This document shows, piece by piece, positions 25,759 through 38,751 of a DNA stretch of 64,000 bases. A program made the translations under genes and the position numbers. The stretch's first letter is position 1, and each line of letters begins with the position of its first letter. The notes below the pieces were generated by a model. That model ran no database searches. It had not been told where the DNA came from and saw only the letters and a program-made list of their open reading frames with translations. The stretch spans positions 34,658,001 to 34,722,000 of the forward strand of contig NC_043008.1 of NCBI RefSeq assembly GCF_006345805.1, read 5' to 3'. The stretch is from Octopus sinensis. Its lineage: Eukaryota.

Positions 25759-27991
25759 CATCATCATCATATGTCTGCTTTCCATGCTAGCATGGGTTGT
25801 ACGATTTGACTGAGGACTGGCGAACTAGATGGCTGCACCAGGCTCCAATCTGATCTGGCAGGGTTTCTACAGCTGGATGCCCTTCCTAAAACCAACCATT
25901 CCAAGAGTGTAGTGGGTACTTTTATGTGCCACTGGCACAAGGGCCATTATGGCGGTACTCACAATGGCCACGCTAAAATGGTGTTTTTTACATGCCACCT
26001 GCACAGGAGTCAGTCCAGCGGCACTGGCAACGACCTCACTCGAATGTTTTGTTCACGTGTCACTGGCACAAGTGCCAGTAAGGCAACATTGGTAACGATC
26101 ACATTCAAATGGTGCTTTTTACGTGCCACTGACATGGAAGCCAGACTTACAAATTAGCTGAACAGAAAAAAGTGACTAATTAGACAAACTTACAAATTAG
26201 CTGAACAATTTAAAAGATGGGAACTGTAAAGATTGATAAGTAAGAAGAACTGGCATTCTTTGCTGCAATATTTTAAGTAAAAAGTTTCTTATTCTTTACT
26301 TTACTAGAAGTAATAACTTGTCCTGTACTTTTCCAGGTTTATAATCTTAAGAATATTACTTTTCATGCTTGCATTTTTCCATGTAATGTATGTTTATGTA
26401 TGATGATATGTATATATGTGTGTCTTTGTGCCCACCACCACTTGACAACTGTTTTGACAAAAGAGATCAATGGGAAAAATATCAGATTTAAAAAAAATAT
26501 TAAGTACTGCTGTTGATTTGACTAAACTTTTCAAGGTGATACCCCAGCATGAACACAGTCCAATGACTGAAAACTGTTCAAAGATAAACAATATATATTG
26601 TTTTGCAAGTACTTAAGCTAAATAATTTGTTCTTTGAAATGGCTCATACCTCTCACTTACATTGTTGTCTTTATATTTAATCATTCAAAATTTTTCTTTT
26701 TTTAATATATAAAAAGCAATCCAAAGGCACAGTCTTTAGTAACATGATAGAGTTAATAATTATCTCATTCAATCTGTTCTAGGAAACTTCATCATTTATT
26801 CATGATAATGGGGGGGGGGAATAGGTGTTGAATATTGAACTGTCCAATCCAGAAAAAAAATTAGGAAAAAGTTATATCTGAATACTTATTGATCCAAATA
26901 AACTGATTTATGAAATCATTCCCCCACCACCACTACCAATTATGTAGCTTCTTTGATCCAAAATTTAGTTTAAATATCAATAAAATATGAATGAATTAAT
27001 AAAAGAAACTAATTAAAAGTGATAAAAAATATATAATTTGAAAAGGGTTTTAGTTTTCAGTGTTATGTATGTGTTTTTAATCCTTATGAAATAAGTTGTA
27101 ATGGTATTGTTTGATTTTCATATTATATCATGATTATGGCAATCCATAATGTGTGAAGGGAGAGTATCTCAGACTTTTGTCATGCATTGGACAATGATAC
27201 TTAATCAATTATTGATAAAGAGAACAATTATACTCTCATTATTGATCTGGTGTTGTTAAGTAGGTTAACTATAAGGTTAAGCCCATCTTTACAATAGGGT
27301 AACTTGGTTGCTGAAGTGTATGTTCTATTGAAAGACATTGTTAATTTCATTTTAATGGTTTTCTTTCATAAATATTGAAGTTGGGAATGGTATAGTGAAG
27401 AGTAGAATTTGATTTATGTTGTTGTTGTTGTAAGCCCCAAGTTGGCCCTGAATAAACAACCCTACTGTAAAAGCTATAAACTTCCCTCACCCATCCAGAA
27501 ACAGTATGCCATAAACTACATTTTCTGGTGTATCCATTTTTCAAGGTGGCATGGTATGGTAGGTCAAGTGACTACATAGATACATTCTCGTTATTTGATT
27601 TCATTTAGGCAGATTAAATGTCTAATTGTCTGAAATAACTTGTTTCCATAAGCTTATAATGACATCATTATTACTCATTTTAAAAATATGGTTCCCAATT
27701 CAAACTCAACCTGGGACAATGATCATATCCTGGGGTTAAGTCATCTGGTGAATAAATAAATATATATATATATATACGTGTGTGTGTATGTATATATATA
27801 TCATCATCATTGTTTAACGTCTACTTTCCATGCTAGCATGGGTTGGACAATTTGACTGAGCTCTGGCGAACCAGATGGCTGCACCAGGCTCCAATCTGAT
27901 CTGGCAGAGTTTCTACAGCTGGATGTCCATCCTAATGCCAACCAAAAGTGGGTGCTTTTATGTGCCACTGGCACGAGGGCCAGTCAGGCGG

Positions 27992-28034
<43 letters not shown>

Positions 28035-30039
28035 AAAGTGTATGTATATATATGTATGTATATACGTGTATGTGTGTGTGTGTATATATATATACACACA
28101 CACACACGTGAGCTTATTGAACTTATTTTGTGCATGACTTTTAGCCCACTCTGTATAAATCTTTGTGTTTGTCTAATACATATATATGTGTGCATGTATG
28201 GTGGTTGGTGGTATTAGGAAGACCATCCAGCCATAAAAACCCTACCAAAACAGACAGTGAAGACTTGTGCAATCTTCCGCCTAGCCAGCCCCTGTCAAAT
28301 CATCCAACCCATGCCAGCATGGGAAACGGACATTAAATGATGATGATGATAATATATATAGTCACTTGGTAAAGCTTGTTGAAATAGCTCTTATAATATC
28401 ATATTATTTATATTTATTCCACTAAGGTCGACTTTGCCGTTCATCATTTCAGCGTTGATAAGTTAAATACCAGTAGAACACTGGGGTCGATGCAATCGAT
28501 TAGTCCCTTCCCACAAAATTTCAAGCCTTGTGCCTTCAATAGAAAGGATTATTATATGTATTTATATGCAATAAAAATCTTGAAATTTTGTATTTTTTCA
28601 CATTCAACATATCACAAATATATTTTTTTTTAAATATGAAAAATTATTTCAACTTTCTGTTTGTATTTTTCTGGCCCCTAGGTGCTGTGATAACATACGA
28701 TATCATTACAAGCTGGAACCCAATCAAACTTTACGATCAGTTTGTTGCATCTTTAATCGTAAGTAACCCTTTTCCCTATCTCTTGGTAATTTGTTCTAAT
28801 CACAAACTCATTACTGGTTTTGAAGAATATTTCTTTAACCCTTTTGATACCAACATGTCTGGGACAACTCCTGGTTCTAAGCTTCTGGCTTCATGTTTTA
28901 ACATTATCAGAATTAAAACATATATTTATATACGCACAGACACAAATATACTTATATATATATATACATACACACACATATACTTCAACATACATATATA
29001 TATATGTATACACACACACACACACACACATATACTTCTACATACATACATATATACACATACACACACATATATAAATATACTTATATATTATTATATA
29101 CACACACATATAAATATACCTATATATACATACACACACATATATATTTATACACATATGTATGTATATGCATACATATATATACAGTGTTTCAAAAAAT
29201 TTGATATCATTTGCGATGTAAATATCACAGAAACTACATTGTCAAAGTAAATGAGACTAAACAGGCTTAATGTTGAGCAACATAAGATTTATTCCTCCAA
29301 ATTTGAATGAGAAATTCAAAGGCATCTGGATTCCATGAACGATTTTAGAAATGTTCAGTATGCGCACCGCCTGCATACTAAACTGTGGCATGGGGATTTT
29401 CTTTGCCCCAAATGCAAACATTATGCTTATTGCCATTCATATGAAATGTGGCCTCATCTCTGAAAACAAGACATTCCTTCAACTCAGATTCTTCAAATCT
29501 GAATTGTTTGCACTTTTGCTTGTCATCTGCTGTTATGGCCTGAACAAGCTGCAGCTAGTAGAGTTTCATTAGCAAGTGTTTCCTCAGGATGTGCCAAACT
29601 GTCATTAGACAATCTGGGTTTCCAGACTTGTTCTTATGGACTTTTTGGGGCTTTGCAAGAATTTTTGATGAACCTGCTTGACCATCTCTTCCAATGTTAG
29701 TGGTTGTCGAGATCCTTTTGCCCTGTGCAGATAGCCTTCCTCTTTGAATTTTTTGTGCCATGTCCAAATCTGCATTGCCGTTGGTGACATTTTAGAGAAC
29801 TCTATCACAAATGCACACTGCACAGTCTTGTTCGACTGTGTATGAGCATACTCCAACACACAAAACGCCTTTTCACTTCCAGTGAATGCCATTTCTATAG
29901 CTGAAAGGATAAACATATCAAACATTAAACATAAAATTTTGACCTGTTTCTACACATGCTGTTAAAATTTGAAATCATTTGAACAAGGACTGGCAAAGTT
30001 GTTAGATTGCGAAATGATATCAAATTTTTTGAAACACTC

Positions 30040-30093
<54 letters not shown>

Positions 30094-30278
30094 ATAGATC
30101 GCTAGGCACTACACATTCTTTATTTTCTCCCCTTGTTTTTTTTCTGTGTTCCTTTCTGTGGAAGAGCATAGGCTCGAAATGTTAAATACTTTTTCACTTT
30201 CTGAGTGTTATACTAATATATCTGTTTGTTGTCTACACCACCTGTCTTCATCTTTTTGGGTTTTTTTTGTGAATGCTC

Positions 30279-30324
<46 letters not shown>

Positions 30325-30509
30325 ATAGATCGCTAGGCACTACACATTCTTTATTTTCTCCCCTTGTTTTTTTTCTGTGTTCCTTTCTGTGGAAGAGCAT
30401 AGGCTCGAAATGTTAAATACTTTTTCACTTTCTGAGTGTTATACTAATATATCTGTTTGTTGTCTACACCACCTGTCTTCATCTTTTTGGGTTTTTTTTG
30501 TGAATGCTC

Positions 30510-30577
<68 letters not shown>

Positions 30578-33500
30578 TACATATACATATATATACATAC
30601 ATATACATATATATTTATATATATATAAATGTGTGTATGTGTATATATATATATATATATTTATATATACACACATTGTGTGGTAAATGTATTGTCTAAA
30701 TTACGCAAAAATGAAAATAACACTGACCTTTCATTTTCACAGACATATTTACCAAAATTACGTTAAAATATCTTGAAATACTAAAGGGTAAATATATTCT
30801 ATAAAATCACCATTGGCTTCAACCACAGCCTCCAGATGGCTTTGGAATCTCCTGCAATTCTTCTCACCATACAACCACAACTTTTCTATGTCCAGGCTGT
30901 AGGAATGCAAACATTTTGTCTGTTAACAGCTTAATATTTCAAGGGGAAAAAATTGTTTTCTTTTTTTTTGTTTTCTTTTCCAAATTCATTTTCTTTTCTT
31001 TTTTTTAAGATGACAAGGGCAGGATTGGGTGATACAAGGATAATTTGAATGCTATCTCTAGTAAGCTGAGCGACCACATTTTGGTTTTTTGCATTAGTAC
31101 ATAATTACTACTTTGTTGGGGACAGTTATAAAAGAGTGAATCAGCTTCAGAACCTGCTTGCTATTTGTTATTGACCCCTGCCAAAGGGAGCCATGTTAAC
31201 TCCAGTAGGTTTTTTTTTTTTCTTTTTCTATGCTTAAATTCTGTAAGGTTGACATCCACAGAGAGGTCTTTAAGAGGTTGTATATTCACTCTAGTAGATT
31301 GCATCTAAGAATTGACAGCAAATAAAAGGATAGGAATAAATTCCACTGAAACACTAAAATATATCTACTTGCTTGTAGGTTCATTGTAATATAAAGGAAC
31401 CATGAACCATTTTCATAATTTTTATATCTTGCTTTTATTTATTCATTTTTTTTTTTTTTTCATTCTTCACTTTCATAAATTTTATTTCAGAAACAATATA
31501 TGGAATTAATAGTAAGTTACGTCTCTTATACTAGTATGTTTGGATGTATCTAACATTTTCAAATAATTCTCTTTCTTTTTTCATTTTTTTTTAATACTCT
31601 AACACTGTCTCTGTCTGTATGTTTGCCTCTCTTACATATTTACATACTAGACCCTGCTTCTGTTTACAACAAAGGTGACAATATATTAGACCAAATGAAA
31701 TGTATTCATATTCTACAATTAGCACAGAATATTTTACTGTGAATTGCCACTGTTAGTATAGTAATATGTATTGAGAAATCATTTACAAATGACAGTCACA
31801 GAATATAAAACTACAACCATATTAGGGTCTGTAAAGGGGTTGGCATTAGGGAGAGCATCCAACCATAGAAACCATGCCAAAACAGAGATTGGAGCTCAGT
31901 GCAGTCCTCTGATTCATTGGATCCTGTCAGACCATTCAACCCATGGAAGACAGACATTAAATGATAATTAATGATGAGGAATGTAGTTATTTTTATTATC
32001 TGATTAACTTATGTTGAACTTATCTTCCTTTTATAACTTAATGATTTTAAACGTTGGTAATTATGTCTTAACGCTGGTAATTATATCTTAACACTGCTCA
32101 CAAAAAGAAATACATACGGAACAGGAAAAGTGATAAAATTCAATAATCTACAACAACAACAAAAGACAAGCATCAAGAATGATAACTAAGCCTCTGAATG
32201 AATGAATAATTAGAATGCATGTTGGTGGCAGGTAGAGGGTTAATGCTCGGGTTTATATGTGCGCTTGGTGTGGGTGCACACATAAACACATGTATATGTT
32301 ATTGTTGCTAATTATCTCTAATCCTCTTGTTCTTTCAAAGCTTCTAATATACCTTATTGATTACTAATTTATCTGTTTTGCTTTTCTGAAATTTCATATA
32401 CATTATCCCTTATTTGCATGGTTGGGATGATATATTTATTGTAACGGTTGCTTTTACAGCTGGATGTCCCTTCTTTATTACTAACCACTCAGTATTGAAA
32501 CAGAAATAGCTCTTCCTCTCTTCACTTCAGTCAGACAAACCAGAGTTAGCAGAATTAGGGGCTACTTCTTGCTAAAGAGAATGTTCTTGCATTTTATGTC
32601 ATCTTTAATTTCTCTTTTTTTTAAACTTATAGCATTAAAAATATATAGATTAAGTGTCAAGTAGTATGCTCAGGTGTGCAATGTGCATCATAGTTGGTTG
32701 TCAAGCAGTAATTACACGGTTTGAGTCCTGTCCTTTCCCTTTTCAAATAGGTGCTTATAATCACATGAAGTAGTTTGACAGAGATACAGGTGATGTGAAT
32801 TATCTGAAGCCTCATAATTTTGGTATTCTTTGTTTGGTACAGTAAATAAAACACTAGAGTTTAAAATGTTAATCCTGTTATAGGCATTGTGGTGTTCACA
32901 GAACTGCTGGTATTTCCTTTGTTTTGGGGATTTATTTTATATCAGATTAATTAGAGACATATCACAATGGACATAATGCAAGAACAGTGTATGTCGGCTA
33001 TGAGCAGCTTCATGCACTGATTTTCATTCATCATCATCATTGTGAAAAGACAAATTGAAATAGGAAGAGTATGATAATCAAATCAACCTCATGGCAGTAT
33101 CTTTTATCAACTTGGACAAATAAATTCAAAGTCAATCCAAGTAAGATTTGAACTCAAAACATAAAAGGATGTAACTGAATGACGCATGGTGTTTGGTTTG
33201 CAACTCTGGTATTTCCAAAAACTCTTACTGTTCCTTTTGCTTTATTTCATAAAACAGGTGGTACAAGCACCTGGCTACAGACCGGTACTGAGTTGTGAAT
33301 CATTTGGTGTCAGGCTCAACAGAAAGAATAAATATTAAAATTATATTTCTATTTTATTGAGTATTGCAATCTACTAGGAATTTTTACATTACATATATAT
33401 ATATCCATTTGTGTGTGATAATTAAAATATTTATATTATGCACTTCACTGTGTTTTGTTATGCACATGATTTCCCCAAGTTTGTGGAAAAATTGCCTTGC

Positions 33501-34953
33501 AAGAAACCAGTCTGGGGGAAAATTGTCTTGCAAGAAACTAGTCTATGGTGCAAAAAAGATTGGGAACTGCTGGTCTAAGGAATGGATTTTTCATTTGTTA
33601 CTAATTTTATTGTCTTCAAGAATTTGTCTGCAGGACCAAACATAGCTGTGTAATTAAGAAGTTTGTTTGCAGCTACATGGTTTGGGATTCAGTCCCACTA
33701 TGTAGCTCCTTGGGAAAATGTTTTCTGCAACAGCCCTGGGCCTACCAATGCCTTGTGAGCGAATTTGGTAGGCAGAAACTATATATACATATATGTGTGT
33801 TTGGATCATTGTTTTGATTTGTTTACATCCCCAGGACTTAGTGGTTCAGCAAAAGAGAACAATAGAATAAGCACTAGACTTAAAAATAAATACTGGACTT
33901 GTTTTGTTCAGCTAAACCATACAAGGCAGTGCCCCTGCATGGCAACTCTCCAGTGGCCAAAACATGTAAGAGAATAAGAGATAATGGTTTTCATTAATTT
34001 ATTTATTCAGTTAGTTTTGTTTTTTAAGAAACATTAAATATCAATTTTGAAAATTAGGGTTAATGTTTAGTTGTTACTCTTTTACTGTGAAGATACTATG
34101 TTAACACTTCAAGTTATTCTTACTTCTTCACTGTCTTTTCCATCCTTTCTGTTGCTTATCATCATTTTATTATATTTTGATTATGATATTTATAATTAAT
34201 AAATAGTTAACTAATTGAAAAGATGATGTAAATTCATTTAGATGTTGTTTTTTGCTGGTGACCCAATTTAGATAATTTATATCTGTTTATTTGATGCCAG
34301 GTAACTAATAGTTTCGGGAACTTTTAGTCTTCATGCAATGTTATAAAAGGCAGTTTTTGGCTAGATGTCTTTTAACCTATGATTTGACAGAATGGCAAAC
34401 AGTACATCTTGTTGTACATATGTGCATGTGTATATGTGCATGGATGTGTGGGTATGGAAAAAAGAAGTTGAAAATGTACTGGGAGTCTTTTAGATGATTT
34501 ATTTTTAAAGGTTTAATCAGTTTCTCGGATTTTTGTGATGTTCAAAAGTTAAGTGATATAGAAAGACTTTGGGCTATGCTGCAATTATCTTACTTCTAGC
34601 TAGAGTTTGAAAATTCTCTTGTTTTTTATGGAGAGAACATGGCTCAAATTAGTATTTGTTTAGGATACAATTTGATTGGCAGAGAATGATCACATGATTA
34701 AGCTTAGAAATTTTGTAAGTTCAAATGACAATATTTTTTGTGCTGTAAGTTAAGGCTGATTGGTTGGGTGAGCGTATCACCTGACAGACACAGTCATTAT
34801 CACCTGTGAGGAATAGTTATAGTAGTTAACATTTCTTTTATATATATGAATATATATATGTGTGTGTGTGTGGTGTGTGTGTGTGTGTGTGTGTGTGTGT
34901 CTGTGTATATATGTGTATGGATGTGTGTGTGTGTGTGTATATGTATGCGTGTG

Positions 34954-34987
<34 letters not shown>

Positions 34988-35013
34988 ATATGTGTGTGTG
35001 TGTGCATATATAT

Positions 35014-35057
<44 letters not shown>

Positions 35058-35318
35058 GTACAATTGTGTATGTATATATGTGTATGTGGTTGTGTGGTAA
35101 GTTGCTTGCTTACCAACCACATGGTTCTGGGTTCATTTCCACTGTGTGGCACCTTGGGCATTTGTCTTCTACTATAGTCTCGGGCCAACCAAATCCTTGT
35201 GAGTGGATTTGGTAGACGGAAACTGAAATAAGCCCATTGTATATATGTTTGTGTGTGTGTGTGTGTGTCTGTGTATATATGTGTATGGATGTGTGTGTGT
35301 GTGTGTGTATATGTATGC

Positions 35319-35369
<51 letters not shown>

Positions 35370-35378
35370 CATATATAT

Positions 35379-35422
<44 letters not shown>

Positions 35423-38232
35423 GTACAATTGTGTATGTATATATGTGTATGTGGTTGTGTGGTAAGTTGCTTGCTTACCAACCACATGGTTCTGGGTTCA
35501 TTTCCACTGTGTGGCACCTTGGGCATTTGTCTTCTACTATAGTCTCGGGCCAACCAAATCCTTGTGAGTGGATTTGGTAGACGGAAACTGAAATAAGCCC
35601 ATTGTATATATGTTTGTGTGTGTGTGTTTGTCCCCCCAACATCGCTTGACAACCAATGGTGGTGTGTTTACTTCCCCGTAACTTAGCAGTTTGGCAAAAG
35701 AGACCAATAGAATAAATACTAGGCTTCCAAAGAATAAGGGGTCGATTTGCTCAACTAAAGGCGGTGCTCCAATTGTCAACAGACAAAAGGAAGCTTGTGT
35801 GTAGTTGCTTTCACTGTCTTTAACTTTTCATGTTTTATTAAAGGTAAGACGAGCAACTTGTGCTCCATCCAGTGAGAGCTGATTGTCATTTAATGTACAC
35901 AGTGTTAAAATAAGGGTTTCTAATAGTATCATGTCATGGAGACACTGTGTACATTAAATGATTTTATGTGTGTATATAAACTGAACTGTTCCATGATGGT
36001 GAGATCAACAAAAAAGTTCTCCATCTGGTGGAGAGATAAATATTATTTGATATACACAATAAATGTTTTTATGTGTTACTAATAGTTTTATATGTTGAGA
36101 ACTACCTCAGACATATCCATCAAACAGAAACCACATATAACAAACTAGAAATGTTTAGTTTGTTGTTTGTTTGTGCTTGATGAATATGTTTAAGATATTT
36201 TTCAACATATAAAACTATTAGTAGCACATTAAAAACATGTATTGTGTGTGTTAACAAACACATGCACACAACCCATATCTATAGCTCACTTATGAATCCA
36301 GAAATTAATCTAACCATATTTGGTTCATGTATTTTCTTTCTTCCTTTTTTTTTGTTTTTGTTTTTTTAACATTTAGGATGAAAAACGAGAACAGTTGCAA
36401 GATAGTACTCATCTGTTATCTGATATGGACAGTGCCAGAGCAAGGTATGGATCCTACAGTATTTTTTGACATACAAATCGATGAGGTATATGGTGTAAAC
36501 ATTCAAACGTCCTTGCTCTCTTCCCAGATTCTATTGTTTTTCACATAGAATTTTTGACCCTCCAAAGTTGTCTTGGTGTATAACTCAGCCTGCCTGTTTT
36601 GGTTGTAAATTTTGGTTTTGAAAATTTGTCTTGTATGCCAGAAAATACAGTAATACAGTCTTGAGCTGTAATTTCCTTTTAAGTTTATTTTTGTTTCATT
36701 GTTGTTGTCTGTGTTTGCTTAAGTAGAACCTTATAATTTTGCATCAGTTTTGTTTCTCCTATTAACATGGTTGGAATGAGGTGGGGACTCTGAATTATTT
36801 ATTCTCTACATGTTTTCCCTTCTCAATAAATATACAGTATTGTACATTTAATTAGTTATTCATTCATCGTTACTTCAACAAGAATAGTAAAAATCTGTTT
36901 TGCTGATGCAGTCAAAATGATACTGAAACATATCTCGAATTGCCTCTCATACTTACAGGAAAAAGACTGAAATAATCGTTTTTCCTCCTCACTGTACAAA
37001 CACACACTTATATATTGAGAATGAAAAATAATACTCCATTCATTGCATATGTTAACACTAACTTAACTATTTTTGTCTTTAAATCTCTTTGATGTTCTAA
37101 CTGCTAACACGTTATCTGTAAAATTGAGGTTCATCAACCAGCTAAACTGAGATCATATAAAACTTAGATTTTTAATTATTTCACTTTTGCATTGTTTGGT
37201 TTGACAAGTAAAAACATCCATCTTCCATGCATGCATGGGTAGGATGGCTTACAGGAGCTGGCCAGGTAGAAAAACTACCCTAGGCTACTGTATCTGTTTC
37301 AGCAGGGATTTTATGGCTGGATGCCCTTTCTAACATTAACCATTCCACAAAGTGGACTCAGTTCTTTTTACGTGGCACTAGCACAGGTGAGGTTAGTTTT
37401 GGCATGATGTTTACAGTTGGATGCTCTTCTAGATGCCAACCACATTACAGTTTGGACTGGATGCTTTTAACGTGGCACCAGCACTGGCAGGGTAACCAAG
37501 TAAGTCACAAAACAAGAAATTATGAGAGAGGCAGAGACATTTGAGGAGGGGAACTTGTGTCAGAGGATGAAAGGTTAGAGCATGGCAGAGAGGCAGAAGC
37601 AGGTGTCTTACCACAACAGAGGGGTGATCCAGTATCAAATGATGAAAGGTTAGAGTGACAGAGAAATAGAGAGGCAGAAATAGGTGTCTTGTTATAGAGG
37701 AGGTACATGGTTACACAGTGAGAGAGAGAGTAGGAAACTGCAAAAGTGTAAGAGAGATGGTGTAGTGCTTGGGTGTACTCACAAGTAACAAGGATCTGAG
37801 CATAGAACCTGGGTAGAAAAATAGGGTGTGGGGAGGAACAGTGATACAGTGAGCAGGGCAATGAGGGTAAGAAAGGGGATTGGAAAACAATCATAGTTTA
37901 TGAAGGGGCAATATGAGGAAGGAAAAGATGCAGTTAGAAGAGGTTATGTAGTTTGGTTTCTCAGGGTAGAGTGGGTGAAAAGTGTGCTGTTACTTGTGGG
38001 TGGGATACAATTCTTCTAGCACTCAGTTTCATGGAGGGGTCTGTCTCTCTCTTTCTCTCTGCCATATCACTTTGAAAACACTGGTTCTCGTCCAATCACC
38101 GAAGTTAAGCAACGTCAAGCTTAGTTAGTACTTTGATGGGTAACCGCTTGGGAAACCTAGGTGCTGTAAACGACTTTTCTAATAGTGGTGCTCCAGCATG
38201 GCCACAGTCATTGGACTGAAACATATAAAAGA

Positions 38233-38264
<32 letters not shown>

Positions 38265-38315
38265 GCACGCACACACACACACACACACACACACCACACA
38301 CACACACACACACCA

Positions 38316-38356
<41 letters not shown>

Positions 38357-38373
38357 ACACACACACACCACAC

Positions 38374-38413
<40 letters not shown>

Positions 38414-38715
38414 ACACACACACCACACACACACACCACACAACACACACACACACACACCACACACACACACACACACAGTTCCACATAGTTTCTGTCT
38501 ACCAAATTCACTCACAATACAAGAAAGATTTATAAAGTAGATGCTAGAAAAAATATACTTGGTTAAAACCCTTCAAGTAAGTGCCCCATCATGGCTACAG
38601 TCCAATAACTGGAAAGGGAAGAATACAAAAGTTGAAATTCTTTACAACTAACAATGGCAAAAATGAATTCTGAGAAAATCTGAAATAGAAGCTGAATGGT
38701 GTGTGTGTACACATA

Positions 38716-38751
<36 letters not shown>

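Noticed and set aside
28588-29250. 220-aa ORF
   Set aside because: Only 28682-28758 is exon 8. The rest is intron and TA/CA microsatellite.
34777-38535. Many YI/HT/CV-rich ORFs (also near 24.4, 28, 30.5 and 61.7-62.3 kb)
   Set aside because: These are translations of dinucleotide and tetranucleotide microsatellites.
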